Source of the DNA: Chrysomallon squamiferum
Lineage: Eukaryota > Animalia > Mollusca
Direction: 5' to 3'
Length of the DNA: 64,000 nt
Assembly (NCBI GenBank): GCA_012295275.1
Contig: CM022669.1
Coordinates: forward strand, 11,718,001-11,782,000
The position numbers were made by a program, and so were the translations under genes. This document shows positions 1-22,811 of the stretch, in pieces. Numbering within the stretch: position 1 is the first letter of the stretch; every line of letters begins with the position of its first letter. Below the pieces are notes generated by a model. That model did not search any database. It had not been told where the DNA came from and was given only the letters and a program-made list of their open reading frames with translations.

Positions 1-127
1 CACATTGCTACTTCTGCTGTTAACTCAAGGACTAACACATTGCTACTGCTGCTAAATCAAGTATTAAGATATTACTACTGCCACAACCACCACTAGTACT
101 ACTACTAGTATTACTGCTGCTGCTACT

Positions 128-167
<40 letters not shown>

Positions 168-935
168 ATACTAATACTATTATCACAAATACGGTACTAC
201 TACGAAAACGAGACTACGGTATACAAATACTACTATTATCAGTACTGCTGCTGCTAAAACAATTGATTAACACTTCCATTACTATCAAAATCACCACTGC
301 TACTACTACTGCTACTGCTACTTACCATTACCACCACTACGGTACTATTACATATACCACCGAAACACAACTACCATTATTATTAATTTTGCTGCTTATA
401 ATAAGGATTAATACTTGTATTACCGTCACCACTACCACCACACTAATACTACTGCTACCATCAACAGTAATAAAACTACTGATAAATTATTGCTCCTGCT
501 AAAACAAGGATTAAAACTGTTATTACCTCCATGCTACTACATCTACAAGTACTACAACAGCTACTGCTTCTAAAAGGAAGACCGCCATTACTTCTACTAT
601 TACTACTACTGAAATTATTACTGTTATTATTATTATTATTATTATTGTTATTGTTATTATTATTACTGTTATTATTATTATTATTGTTATTGTTATTATT
701 GTTATTACTGTTATTATTATTATTATTGTTATTGTTATTATTATTATTATTATTATTGTTAATATTATTATTGTTGTTATTATTATTATTAGATAAATGA
801 TAAATATTTGTTATTCTATATTCAGTATTAGTGCACTTCGTTATTTTATGACAATGTACTGTGTTCAAAATGTACAGTTTTAGATTAGCACCTGCATGTC
901 TAATATATGTTATAAACATCAATAAATATTCTTAC

Positions 936-2204
936 TGCAAAGTTTATCAGAACACGAATTCGGGCAAGCCCCACACGTCTTGCCTATTGTGTATGGGTGA
1001 CCCAAGTCTCCAATTAATCTGAAAAATAGTTTTAAAAAATCAAAACAACAAAAAAAACAGTAGTTATTTCTTAAAATATTGTATCATGATACTTCTTTTC
1101 ATAACACTGATGATTCTTACTGGAGTAGAGACTAAATTTCACAGTGTAGATTATGATGTTGTTTTTTGACAGGATCAGATACTGTACATCTCAGAATGCA
1201 GAGTAAGATGATGATTTTTGACTGTATTAAGTACTGTAAATCTCACAGTGCTCATAATGATGATAATTGTGAATGGATTAAATACTGTAAATATTAAGGT
1301 TTTTAAGTTTCCTTTACCAACGACTTCATTTAGCAATTCCTGTCTGTGAGAGATTTCAAGTAAATTATTTATCTATTTATAATATCATTATCGGAACAGC
1401 ATTATAAAAAAATTCATACGTAAGTAAATATAAAAATTAAAGTCTTGAATATACATGTACATATGTATCTATATATTTCAACATTCTGTTATTGATTCAA
1501 TACCAGAATTTAATTTCATTTAATAATAATAATAAGAATAATAATAATAGCAGTTGTAGTAGTAGTAAATAAGTCAATACATAATAATAATAATAACAAT
1601 AATAATAATAATAATGACAAAAACAACAGTAATAAGGTAATTGATTTTCAGTGAGAAATATTTAATATAAAAATTAAAGTCTTGAATATACATGTACATA
1701 TGTCTCTATATATTTCAACATTCTGTTATTGATTCAATAGCAGAATGTAATTTCATTTAATAATAACAATAATAATAGCAATAATAATAATAAATAATAA
1801 TAATAATAGAAGTTCTAGTAGTAGTAAATAAATAAATAATAATAGTAATAATTATGACAAAAACAACAGTAATAAGGTCATTGATTTTCAGTGAGAAATA
1901 TTGATTTAATAAATTAAAATGGGTTAGTCTGTCGACTGAATTACCGAAATTAAAATCAAACTCACCCTGGTGCATAGTTGCATACAAAGGTATGCCTGAA
2001 TTCACCCTTTCTGCAAACGGCGTATCCGCAGCCAATTCTAGACGTTTCTCCAAACACAAGCTATTTTTCAAATTAACTCGACATAACTTTATACCTCATT
2101 CTCTCTGTATTACTATACACATCTTGCATATATATATATATATATATACATACATACATATATATATATATATTCAACCACATATACATACGTGCATACA
2201 TACA

Positions 2205-2284
<80 letters not shown>

Positions 2285-3683
2285 TGTATGTATATGTGTA
2301 TGTATGAATCTATCAATCTTTGTGTGTATATATGTATATGTCTATATGTGTGTATGTACGAATATATGCTTCTACGTATGTATATTTTTGTGTATAGATG
2401 TAGAGATGAAATATATTTACTTGAAGGTAATCTGAAGCTCGCTTATAACCGTCGATGTCGTCACCAATGTACTGAAAGATACTCCTCTGATCATACCATT
2501 TTTTTATTGCTGATTCAAAACTGCGAGAACGATAGGCATGATTTTGTCCAATATAAACACCGGAATATTCTAAAAGGAGGAAATACATTTTAATAATGTA
2601 TAAATAATGAAAAGGTTATATATAGCAAATCGTTAACAATCTTAGGAGAACAATACTGAGAGAGAATATTCAGAAATAAAAAGAAACACGTGTTAGCAGT
2701 AATATAATATTTGAAAATTAAACTTTCATGATCCATCATCTCTTAAAATCGAGTGGTCTTCAAATTTTCATTTTTTATTTTTTTTATTTTAACATAAAGA
2801 AATAACAAATTAAAAAACAAACAGAGATACAAACAAAAAAATAAATAAATAAATAAGGAATAAGAAAAGAGCGAACCAAAACAAACAAAAACAAACACAC
2901 AAATAAATGAATATGTAAATGAATAAACAAAAAAACAACAACAAATGTCTTTACTTATTTGTCTGTTGGCTTATTTATAAACAATAAATAAACAAACACA
3001 CAAATAAGTAAAGGAATAAACATACAAACAATTAAAATAAAAAAATGTATCAATGCCTCGCCTGGAATTGACCGAGCTTCAGATTTGTCTCTTCCAAAAG
3101 TACACTGACGTGCCCATTTACCCGCCACCATGGCAAGTCTCTCATCCCACCTCTTAAACAAACAAATATATATCTATATATATATATACATACAATCTGG
3201 AAGAAATCAGCAGCTTTCCTCATCTTGGAAAGGCTTATTAAAGAAAATATACTGAAAATTAGCCATCACTTAAATCTGATATATATTATTACAAGTAATT
3301 GGTGACGGGTGAATGGTTGAGAATGAAACTCGTAACGGATTATATCAGTTTTTGCTACTAGTTAACTATGTTTCTCGCATCACCATTTTTATATTATCAA
3401 GTTTTTCTTACAAACATAGATCATGTGTGTGCTTGTGTGTTTTAAATGAAAAAGTTTAAGTAATACCCACATTAACTGAAGGATAATTATAATTTTCTCA
3501 GAACTTCCTGTTCTAAGAGTAAAATATTTGGGCATATTTTGACTTGTTAGAGTTATAAGGACCGATTCGCAATTAGATTTTTTTTTTTCTTCTTTATTTT
3601 ATTTTATTATTATTATTTTTTTTTTTGGCAATAGGACCGATTCGCAATTACATTTAGCGTATTCTTTGTATTTTGTTGTTGTT

Positions 3684-3728
<45 letters not shown>

Positions 3729-4969
3729 GCAATGGGGAAACAAAAATTGTAAAAAATATAACACACATCTCCGTGTCTTCCTGTATTTATAATCTGGTAG
3801 ACTGGTGTTTTTACTCATTAACACGCATACCAGATGCCTGACATGATCTATGACAGGACGTAAATTGATTCTAAAACAGCAGAAAAGTGTCTGGATATAT
3901 TCTTGTGAGTCATGTTTTAATAAGTCACATAATTACAAATGTCCTTTCGATAGCTGTCATTTGTATCGGATCATGAGATCTCAGACAAACTTCAGTCATT
4001 ATTGTCTGAGAAGCTGCCCTACCCCAAAAGTTAACCATGCAGACGTTTCTGAACTTTACAGTGATAACAGAATTAGTGATTTAATACATACACATTGCTA
4101 CCTGGTCTGCGGAAAAATAAGTATGAAAACTGAGACAGTGATAATGACTAAATTGGTGCAGCACCTATTCGACACTGCCTTCAATTCATGAGGTATATTG
4201 TCCCTATAGTATGGATGCAGCTTGTGAATAGGTTACTACAATGATCTTACTTGCTTATTCTTGTGTGGAAGCTTTCAGAACTATTTATTTATTAACAAAT
4301 GTGACCTGTGTTATGAAAAGAAACTGTCTAATTAGAGAAAATACAATAGATCCACTTGAGAGACGTTTGGTTTCAGCATTAATTTCGTATATGCTGAAAA
4401 TATTGGTGTGAAATGATGGCTGTTGTGGAGCTATTGAAGATTAAATAGAAATTTCCTTGATTACTCATCGTATTATTGAATAAAATACACAAATTGAGCT
4501 GTTCACCGAGCAGTTACTCATTATAATTGAAAGCGTGTTGATAAAATGTGTGGCTGAAGAAAATGTTTAAAGTAATTAAAACTACACTAAGTTGAGTGAT
4601 TTACGATCGTCGTAAAACTATTTTGTGGAAAAACTGAACCTTTTACAGTTGTGAGGAGTAATGCCTGCTGCAATTACAACTACTTAGAGCTTGATTAAAA
4701 TAACTGACAGATTTTTACCAGTTTAGACATATCCATGGCTGTGGGTGTAACGTCTCTACGGAAATCATTGTGTAAATTTACTATGGAATGTTTATCAGCA
4801 TTTGTCAGTAGTTCCGCATCGCCAACGTCCAATTTACACATAGTGTGGTCTGGTGTCAGCTCCACGAACTTCTGAGGACACTCGGATCTCTGTAATGTCA
4901 GTATTTGTGTAAGTATCGTGATGCAAATTTGTTATAAAAAAGAACGAGAATGATATTAATACAGATACC

Positions 4970-5067
<98 letters not shown>

Positions 5068-5474
5068 ATTACATGTGTATAATGTATGTATATATTAGTG
5101 TATAGGCATGGATATAGGTATATATATGTTCGTAAGCTTGTATATGCGTGTGTAAGAGTTTGTTTCGTTTTCTTATTTTGTGTGTGTGTGTGTATGCGTG
5201 TGTGTGTATGTATGTATGTGTGTATGTGTGTGTGTATGTGTGTTTATGTGTGTGTATATGTGTGTATATATGTGTGTGTATGCGTGTGTGTGTATGTGTG
5301 TGTGTGTGGATTGTTCTTGTTTACAGTATCAATTAAAATAATATTTACTTTAGCCATTTTCACGTGACCTGCGTCAAATGTGGCCTCTATAGAAACAATA
5401 ATTATAATAAACAAATATATATGTACATATATATATATATATATACATGCATACATACATATTCATGTACATAC

Positions 5475-5505
<31 letters not shown>

Positions 5506-5831
5506 CATACACACACAAAAGTTTTATTTTAATTGGGTGTTGGTTTATTTTCTTCTTCTTTTTTCTATTTTTGTTGTTGTATTTTTCGTTTGTTTTGTTG
5601 TTGGTTGTTGGTTTTATTTAACTTTTTTTTTTACACGGTATAATTTCATGTTGATGCAATTTTCTGTGTAAATATGCAGACCACAGATATAAATCATGAA
5701 ATTATAGAGAAGGTGGTGATTGTTTCATAGCCATACAGGCTGTTACCTGAATAATATTATTTTAGTATGAAGAAATAAAATGGTTTTTGTTTGTTTGTTT
5801 GTTTGTTTTTTTAAAACTGTGTAATATATGC

Positions 5832-5902
<71 letters not shown>

Positions 5903-6504
5903 TTTTATTTTATTTATATTTATTTACTTTACTTTGTGTTTGTTGTTTGTTTTCTTGGCTCCAGTATTAATATTATAATAAGAAGTGTAGCGTAACTACA
6001 AAATAGTACAACTTTAAAATATCTGGGTGACGTCATATCTACGTAATTGCGAACAATACAGACCAGCTAAGTTTCTTCAACTGAAAAATACAGCTGGAAC
6101 CTACGTACCCGATGACGTCCATGTATTATGACGTCATGTATTAAGAGGCAAAGTCTAGGTGCCAGCGCTCAGTTGTTTTGTAACATTAGTTTATACTCAA
6201 AATAGTAAATAATAATTTAGATTATGTATAAATAAAAATACTACATCATTTATTCCTACCACCACATTTTTTAAGGAGGTTTCGTTTTCTTCAGTTGATT
6301 TATAAATATGTATGATTATATTGCTTAATTTGTAATAATTTTTTTTTTCATTGTTCTTTTTACAAAATCTCACTTATTTTTAAACCAAGATAATTATATT
6401 TCTTAACTTCATAGACAGTCATTACTTTTTATTATTTCAGCAACAACAATGAAAATAACAATAACAACAACAACAATAACAATAACAATAACAATAACAA
6501 TAAC

Positions 6505-6560
<56 letters not shown>

Positions 6561-6914
6561 TAATAATAAAGTTTGACATTACTTTATCCGAAATACTTGA
6601 GACCAGAAGTCTTTCCGAGTTCGGAATTTTTCTGATTTTTGAATATTTAATGAGATAGCCATTGAATTGGATCTCAGTCTAAATACGAATTCCATTTATA
6701 TTTCATAAACAGCTTAAAATTAATAGTATGCAAATTTTTTTTTTTTTTTTTTACATAATATTTGTAATAATTTTGTTCATAAAATAAAGCTTGTGTATGC
6801 AAAACAATCTGAAAATTGTAATATATCGACATTCAATAACTTACTTTGTTCATAGGTGCTGTTTGCGTGGACAAATATTGCATGATAGATCAAATTGATG
6901 ACTAGAGCAGACAT
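936..6914 (-). CDS. CAP/CRISP (Tex31/Mr30-like) secreted cysteine-rich protein, paralog A; exons 1-7 in window, 3' exons beyond left edge
   Basis: Exons 6845-6914, 5349-5386, 4719-4889, 3062-3152, 2421-2569, 1966-2060, 936-1018 join in frame. Translation: [63 protein letters not shown]..[17 protein letters not shown]..-..[39 protein letters not shown]-..[20 protein letters not shown]. Contains CAP motifs and the hinge; intron 4 has a GC donor. Confidence 0.9.
1433..1905. repeat. ~237-bp direct tandem duplication specific to intron 6 of paralog A
   Basis: agtcttgaatatacatgtacatatg starts at 1441 and again at 1678; single copy in B. Confidence 0.8.
6028..6136. promoter_or_regulatory. Paired perfect CRE/ATF sites (TGACGTCA) in intron 1
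   Basis: TGACGTCA at 6028 and 6129 (A), 18077 and 18178 (B), 37049 and 37135 (D), and 9065 (remnant F). Confidence 0.5.
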
Positions 6915-6950
6915 GACCAATAATCGACAAGTACTCTGAGCCAAACTGCC

Positions 6951-6960
6951 AATTATATAC
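6951..6960 (-). promoter_or_regulatory. TATA-like box of paralog A (equivalents near 19101-19110 in B and ~31044 in C)
   Basis: Minus-strand GTATATAATT about 40 nt upstream of the ATG. Confidence 0.45.
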
Positions 6961-7256
6961 TGTATTAATAAATAGCAAAAAGAGAACTAATAATACTAAA
7001 ATATATACACGTATGAAATATTAGCATAAAACGAAAAAAATACGGGATGAAAAAATAAAATAAAATGCAGACACGTGTACAAATCTAGTGCTTGTAAACA
7101 AACAAACAAAATAAAACAAAATTTAAATAAAAGTAGTTAAAACTGCATATCTAAGACAAGTACAAACGACAGCCTCCAATCATTCGTCTGTGCGGAGTGT
7201 CTGTTCGTCTTTGTTCAACTGGTATTTTTTCGTTTTTACTGAATCTGAATCAAATC

Positions 7257-7268
7257 GGTTACGTAACC
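7257..7268. promoter_or_regulatory. Palindromic PAR-bZIP/NFIL3-type site upstream of CAP genes
   Basis: GGTTACGTAACC at 7257, 19409, 33323 and 35638; GTTATGTAAC at 31421. All fit RTTAYGTAAY. Confidence 0.45.
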
Positions 7269-7449
7269 TTTAAGTGCGTATTTCAGTTATTGTATATTTT
7301 GATTGTTTACTATTCATTTGTGCCGTAAATAGTTTATACAGCTTTTGTTAGCAGTATTTTTTTTTACTTATTATTGCCTGCAACACAGGGGTAAAAGTAA
7401 ATACAAAATAACAACTAAAATAATTACCCGATTTATTACTTATTATTGC

Positions 7450-7975
7450 CGGCTATGGAGGCTAAAAGTCAAATAAAAAACAACACTAAGATAATGATTT
7501 TCAGTAAAGGGAGAAAGCTCCGAGATTATATATCTAAATTCAATGGAGGGACTATTGGTACAGTTGATAAATATAAATATCTGAGTATGCACTTTACAAT
7601 ATAAAACGACTGAATAACAAAGCAATGAATACTACGTACAACCTAATAGCTAAAAGTCGTCGGAATAATCTGTTATCAACTCTATATTTGACTTAGTTGA
7701 CCATCTTGTACAACGAATTTTATTGTATGGTTGTGAAATATGTGATTTTACATACGTAGGATTAATAGGAAAATTCCTTATGAATTTCTATAAATATTTG
7801 CAATGTGTCAATAAATGTATCTCTGGTTTTATGATCTATCGTTAACTAGGAAAGTATATTCTGTGTATTTCTATAAAAGTAAGAATGATAACCTTTTGCT
7901 GGAATCTAATTTCACAACTTTGATAAAGCTAAGTGGTAACGTGAAACGATATCCAGAATACTGCATGATCAGAAT
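7450..7975 (+). mobile_element. Degraded LINE (RT C-terminal region) fragment
   Basis: Disrupted frames read LKV..KIMIFSKG and IFDLVD..ILLYGCEI..FYKYLQCVNKCISGFMIY.LG..IKVRMITF, typical of invertebrate LINE ORF2. Repeated at the same place in each array unit. Confidence 0.65.
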
Positions 7976-8049
7976 TTGTTAAAAAAATAAAATAAATATT
8001 TAAATAAATGAAAATTGTGACTGTGCTTTTTATCATGTTTTTTTTTTCA

Positions 8050-8645
8050 AATTGAATATACTAAGTTTGTCACTATAACAGTACCTGGTTTTAATTAATG
8101 TTTGTTTATTTAGTGTCGTTCATGTTAGAATGTTTCATTATTTTTCTTGTTTAACTTGAATATACTATGTTTGCTGCTGTGAATGTATCAGGTTTTAATT
8201 AATGTTTGTTTATTTAGTGTCGTTCATGTTAGAATGTTTCATTATTTTTCTTGTTTAACTTGAATATACTAAGTTTGCCAATGTAACAGAACCAGGTTTT
8301 ACTTACTGTTTATTTATTTAGTGTTGTTCACGTTTGAATATTTGAATATGTTTCTTGTTTAACTTGAAGTTTGCCAATGTGACAGAACCAGGTTTTAATT
8401 ACGTGTTTTTCACGTTTGAATATTTGAATATGTTTCTTTGTTTAAATTGAATATATATTTAGTCTGCCACTATGACAGTACCAGATTTCCATTAATGTTT
8501 ATTTATTTAGTGTTGTTCATGTTTGAGTGTTTTAATATGTTTCTTGTTTAACCTGAATACAGTGAATCCGCAATATGACAATAGAAGGTTTTAATTAATA
8601 TTTATTTAATTAGTGTCGTTCATGTATTGAGCGTTTTATTATCTT
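8050..8645. repeat. ~104-bp degenerate tandem repeat (~6 units); paralogous arrays at ~20337-20975 and ~33594-33870
   Basis: Unit ttgaatatactaagtttgtcactataacagtacctggttttaattaatgtttgtttatttagtgtcgttcatg... starts near 8053, 8156, 8260, 8364, 8447, 8553. Confidence 0.8.
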
Positions 8646-8779
8646 TTATTAACGATGAATGTGCAAGATAGAATAAAAATGTACATACAGTGAAAACAGT
8701 ACAGAACACAGAAACATAGGAGTAAATTGAACTCTGAAAAGGAAAATAGGAAATGCGAATCAGCTTTAACTTCATATGC

Positions 8780-8979
8780 NNNNNNNNNNNNNNNNNNNNN
8801 NNNNNNNNNNNNNNNNNNNNNNNNNNNNNNNNNNNNNNNNNNNNNNNNNNNNNNNNNNNNNNNNNNNNNNNNNNNNNNNNNNNNNNNNNNNNNNNNNNNN
8901 NNNNNNNNNNNNNNNNNNNNNNNNNNNNNNNNNNNNNNNNNNNNNNNNNNNNNNNNNNNNNNNNNNNNNNNNNNNNNNN
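8780..8979. other. Assembly gap (200 N)
   Basis: Run of N. Confidence 1.
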
Positions 8980-9890
8980 ATTATTTTACTGTTTTGACAA
9001 TAAAATAATGTTACAAAAATCTGAGCGCTGCCACGTAGACTTTACCTCTTCATACATGGAGTCGTGACGTCATACGGTACGTAGAATCCAGCTGTATTTT
9101 TCAGTAGAAGAAACTTAATTCGTTTGTTTTGTTCGCAATTACATCATATATCAGATATTTTAAACCTGTACTGTTTTGTCGTTACACTATACTTCTTATA
9201 ATATTAATACTGGAGCCAAGAAAAGAAACAGTCAAACAAACAAACTAAATAAATGAATAAAATATACATTATACACTGTTTTAAAGAATTATTATTTTTA
9301 TTTAATTTTATATGTATATAACGTTTTTGACATTAAAATTATTTCTATTAACAGCCTGTATCTAAATTCAACATCGATATTTCCTCTATAATTTCGTTAT
9401 TTACATCTGAGGTCTACATCTTTATACAGTAACTTCTTAGAAACATACATCAATTTTACACAATACCCATTTTAAAAAAATAACAATAAGAAACGAAAAA
9501 TAAATAATAAAAAAGAATTTTTCTTTTTTTTTAATTTAAAAATAAAAAGCATAAAAATTTACAAAAAAAAAAAAAAAAAAATTAATGAGACTAATTAGAA
9601 TAAAAACACAAAGAAATTATAATAAACAAGTATATATATATGTTTATTATAATTACTGTTTATATGATGGCCAGATTTGATGCGCGCACGCACACACACA
9701 CACACACAAACACTTTTTTCTTAAGACTACTTAGCAAATGAAACAAAATATGTCTCCATTTCTCTGTGAAAGAAACATGACTGCTGTTTATTGATATAGC
9801 TATATAGATGTCAAGGTTTTCCCTGCTTTAGGCAAGAAAATTGTTTGACGTACGGTTGTCAACACTGCCGATAGACACGCTATCTTATAT
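8980..9890 (+). pseudogene. CAP paralog remnant F (head-to-head with A)
   Basis: Plus-strand homology to intron 1 of D (CRE block, 9030-9230), a broken exon 2 at ~9655-9685, and sequence matching the region 3' of exon 3 of E (9735-9870 vs 22533-22655). Exon 1 may lie in the adjacent gap. Confidence 0.6.
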
Positions 9891-10327
9891 TGCCTAATTT
9901 AATCCATATTTACTTTATTCTCATCATCAATCAAATGAAAAGAAGCAACTAGAAAAGATTCAGATTTAACAGTACTTCTATTTTAAGTTTCTTTCGTTGT
10001 TGTTATTGTTGCACTGTTTCTCATAACCAACCTAAATTAAATCATTTTGGAAAGTAGCTTTGAATTCTTAACAACCTTAAAATCTCGTTAAGCTTCTGCA
10101 GAAAGGTTTTGGTATGATTTTATTTTTGTCAGTAATATGTGACAATATATTCTGCATATATTTCAGTATTCTGCTTCATGAAATATATAAATGTATTATG
10201 CACAAAGCTTTTTTTTTTTTCTTTTTCTTTTTTTCAAATCTTTATAGTGATTTCCGTTTTGAATTTGAAATAATGTAATGTTTATTGGACTTCACAAAAG
10301 AAAATCAGAATATCATGGAAGCAGATG

Positions 10328-19063
<8,736 letters not shown>

Positions 19064-19594
19064 GACCAATAATCGACAAGTATTCTGAGTCAAACTCCCA
19101 GTTATATACTATATTAATGAATAACAAAAAGAGTACTAATAATACTAAAATATATACACGTATGAAAAACAATACAGGATGAAAAAAAAAAAATACAGAC
19201 ACGTGTACAAATCTAGTACTTGTTATTACTAGTAAAGAAACAAACAAAATAAAACAAAAATTAAATAAAAGTAGTTAAAACTGCATACCTAAGACAAGTA
19301 CAAACGACAGCCTCCAATCATTCGTCTGTGCGGAGTGTCTGTTCAACTGAGGGTTTTTTGTGTTTTTTTCGTTGTTTTTTTTCGTTTTTAATGAATCAGA
19401 ATCAAATCGGTTACGTAACCTTTAAGTGCGTATTTCATTATTGTATATTTTGATTGTTTACTATTCATTTGTGCCGTAAATACTTCATACAGCTTTTGTT
19501 AGCAGAATGGTTTTACTTATTGCCTGCAATACAGGGGTAAAAGTAAATACAAAATAACAACTAAAATAATTACCCGATTTATTACTTATTATTG

Positions 19595-20270
19595 CCGGCT
19601 ATGGAGGCTAAAAGTCAAATAAAAAACAACACTAAGATAATGATTTTCAGTAAAGGGAGAAAACTCCGAGATTATATATCTAAATTCAATGGAGAGACTA
19701 TTGGTACAGTTGATAAATATAAATATCTGAGTATGCACTTTACAATGTAAGACGACTGAATAACAAAGCAATGAATACTACGTACAACCTAATAGCTAAA
19801 AGTCGTCAGAATACTCTCTCCATCGACAGTATATTTGACTTAGTTGACAAACTTGTACAATTAACTTTATTGTATGGTTGTGAAATATGTGATTTTACAT
19901 ACGTAGGATTAATAGGAGAATTCCTTATGAATTTCTATAAATATTTGCAATGTGTCAATAAATGTATCTCTGGTTTTATGATCTATTGTTAACTAGGACC
20001 GTATATCCTGTGTATTTCTATAAAAGTAAGAATGATAACCTTTTGCTGGAATCTAATTTCTCAAATTCAAAACAAGATTTCTTCACAACTATATTATTTA
20101 ATTCATGTTAACGATTCTCCTTGGAACAATTTGTAATAAAAATAATAAAATAAATAAATAAATAAAAGAAGATTGAGATTGTGATTTAACCTGTATATGA
20201 ACATTTCACAACTTTGATAAAGCTAAGTGGTAACGTGAAACGATATCCAAAATATTGCATGATCAGATTT
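19595..20270 (+). mobile_element. Degraded LINE fragment (paralogous copy)
   Basis: ORF 19771-19992: IDSIFDLVDKLVQLTLLYGCEICDF..MNFYKYLQCVNKCISGFMIY. Confidence 0.65.
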
Positions 20271-21264
20271 ATTGTTTAAAGTGTAATTAGTATTTTACTA
20301 TGTGCTTGTGCTTTTTATCATGTTTTTTTTTTTTCAAATTGAATATACTAAGTTTGTCACTATAACAGTACCTGGTTTTAATTAATTTTTGTTTATTTAG
20401 TGTCGTTCATGTTAGAATGTTTCATTATTTTTCTTGTTTAACTTGAATATACTATGTTTGCTGCTGTGAATGTATCAGGTTTTAATTAATGTTTGTTTAT
20501 TTAGTGTCGTTCGTTTTTCAGTGTTTTATTATATTTCTTGTTCAAGTTGAATATACTAAGTCAGGTTCGTGTTTTCGTTTGAATATTTGAATATGTTTCT
20601 TTGTTTAAATTGAATATTATTTATATGACAGTACCAGATTTCCATTTGTTTATTTATTTAGTGTTGTATTATATTTCTTGTTCAAGTTGAATATACTAAG
20701 TTTGCCAATGTGACAGAACCAGGTTTTAATTACGTGTTTTTCACGTTTGAATATTTGAATATGTTTCTTTGTTTAAATTGAATATATATTTAGTCTGCCA
20801 CTATGACAGTACCAGATTTCCATTAATGTTTATTTATTTAGTGTTGTTCATGTTTGAGTGTTTTATTATGTTTCTTGTTTAATCTGAATACAGTGAATCC
20901 GCAATATGACAATAGAAGGTTTTAATTAATATTTATTTAATTAGTGTCGTGCATGTATTGAGCGTTTTATTATCTTTTATTAACGATGAATGTGCAAGAT
21001 AGAATAAAAATGTACATACAGTGAAAACAGTACAGAACACAGAAACATAGGAGAAAAATGAACTCTGTAAAAGGAAAATAGGAAATGCGAATCAGCTTTA
21101 ACTTCATATACGTTTTACTATTAAATTTTTATAATTATTAAATTTATTTTTTATGTTAATATTTCATATGTGTATGTATTTATAATTATTATTGCTCTTA
21201 CTATTATTCATTAATATAGTACATAATTGGCAGTTTGGCTCAGAATACTTCTCGATTATTGGTC

Positions 21265-22366
21265 ATGTCTCCTCTAGTCATCAGTTTGATCTATCACACT
21301 GTATTTGTCCACGCAGGTAGGACCTATGAACAAAGTAAGTTATTTAACGCCCAGCTGTATTAGTATTGTGGTAGTCGTTAATAGTCGATTTTTTTGTATT
21401 ACTGTCAAATAAAGATATGTTTTACCCGAATCGAAAAACATTCAGTCTCAGATGAAAAAACGTAAAAAAGAAAAATAATCTAAAATGTTAAGGTTGACTA
21501 AAATCCATAAAAAAACACACCTCATAAACAAAAAAAAACCTAAATATATATTTGTTTAGTGTTTTTATGCTTTGATGCACAGACAAAAAACACATTAAAA
21601 AAAAACTCAAAAAAAACCACCTTAAAAAAAAAAAAAAAAAAAACCTTGAAGAAACGAATTAGTATAAAAACCCTTAAAAATTATATATATATATATATTT
21701 GTTTATTTAATTACTGTTTCTGTGGGGCCAGCTTTGATGCACAGACACACACATTAAGAAAAACACACACAAAAACAACAACAAACAAATTTTAAAAAGT
21801 TAAAAAACAAAATTAAAAAATTATATATATTTGTTTGTTATAATTACTGTTTCTACGATGACCACGTTTGATCCGCGCGTGCACACACACACACAACTAC
21901 ACACACAAACATACATACACAAAAAAAACATAAGCACGCAAATACATTACACATTCATCCACATGTACCTATACATTATTATATACATACAAACACCAGC
22001 AAAAATTATACATCCTCATATACACACTAATGTGCACATACAAACACACATACACACTCACAAACGTATATATGTACATACAATGACTGTTATTATTACT
22101 AGTGACTGCAGAGGTAGTTATTAATATCGTTCTCATTGTTATTTTCTAAAGAATATTCATCATAGTTCTTACACAGATAAACATTTGCATTACAGAGATC
22201 TACGTGTGCTCTGAAATGTTTGAAGCTGACACCACATCACACTATGTGTAAAGTGAACAGTGATATTGAGGGTCGACTGACGACAGCTGAAAAACAGTTC
22301 ATTGTACATTTACAGAACAATGAACGTAACTGTGTTGCACCAACAGCCAAGGACATGTTTAAACTG
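21265..22366 (+). pseudogene. Truncated CAP paralog E (head-to-head with B)
   Basis: Exon 1 is intact at 21265-21334 (MSPLVISLIYHTVFVHAGRTYEQ) and exon 3 at 22196-22366 (RSTCALKCLKLTPHHTMC..LQNNERNCV..). Exon 2 survives only as three broken fragments (~21568, ~21714, ~21846). No exons 4-10 are seen before the 3' end of C. Confidence 0.8.
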
Positions 22367-22716
22367 GTAAACATACGTCAATGATTTTAATCAAGCTTTA
22401 AGTAGTTGTAGTTACTTGCAGTAGGCATTACCACTGATAACAGTAAAACGTTCCACTGTTCCAGAAACAACTTTACGACAGTCGTAAATCCCTCACTCGT
22501 TACGACAAAAACTCTTTATCGTTAAGACCACGTAGCAAATATGTCTCCATTTTTCTGTGAAAGAAACGTCACTGATGTTTATTGATATATTTATATAGAC
22601 GTTAATGGTTTTCCCTGCTTTTGGCAAGAAACTTGTTTCACCTACGGTTGTCACATTCGCGAAAGACTCCAACCTTTGCATCAGGTAAAAACTTAATAAA
22701 AAAAAAAAAAAAAAAA

Positions 22717-22811
<95 letters not shown>

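Noticed and set aside
1757-2071. ORF-track proteins '[19 protein letters not shown]..' (also 14295-14585, 26927-27226, 40353-40637)
   Set aside because: Wrong-frame translations of CAP exon 6; the real frame reads [23 protein letters not shown]
2130-2400. Numerous YI/CV/HT/RE/poly-I/L/N ORFs throughout the window
   Set aside because: Translations of (AT)n, (GT)n, (AG)n, (AAT)n and (ATTT)n microsatellites
8050-8645. 104-bp array as a CRISPR or RNA gene array
   Set aside because: The whole unit is repeated and degenerate; no repeat-spacer alternation
8727-9067. ORFs spanning the N run
   Set aside because: Artefacts of the assembly gap
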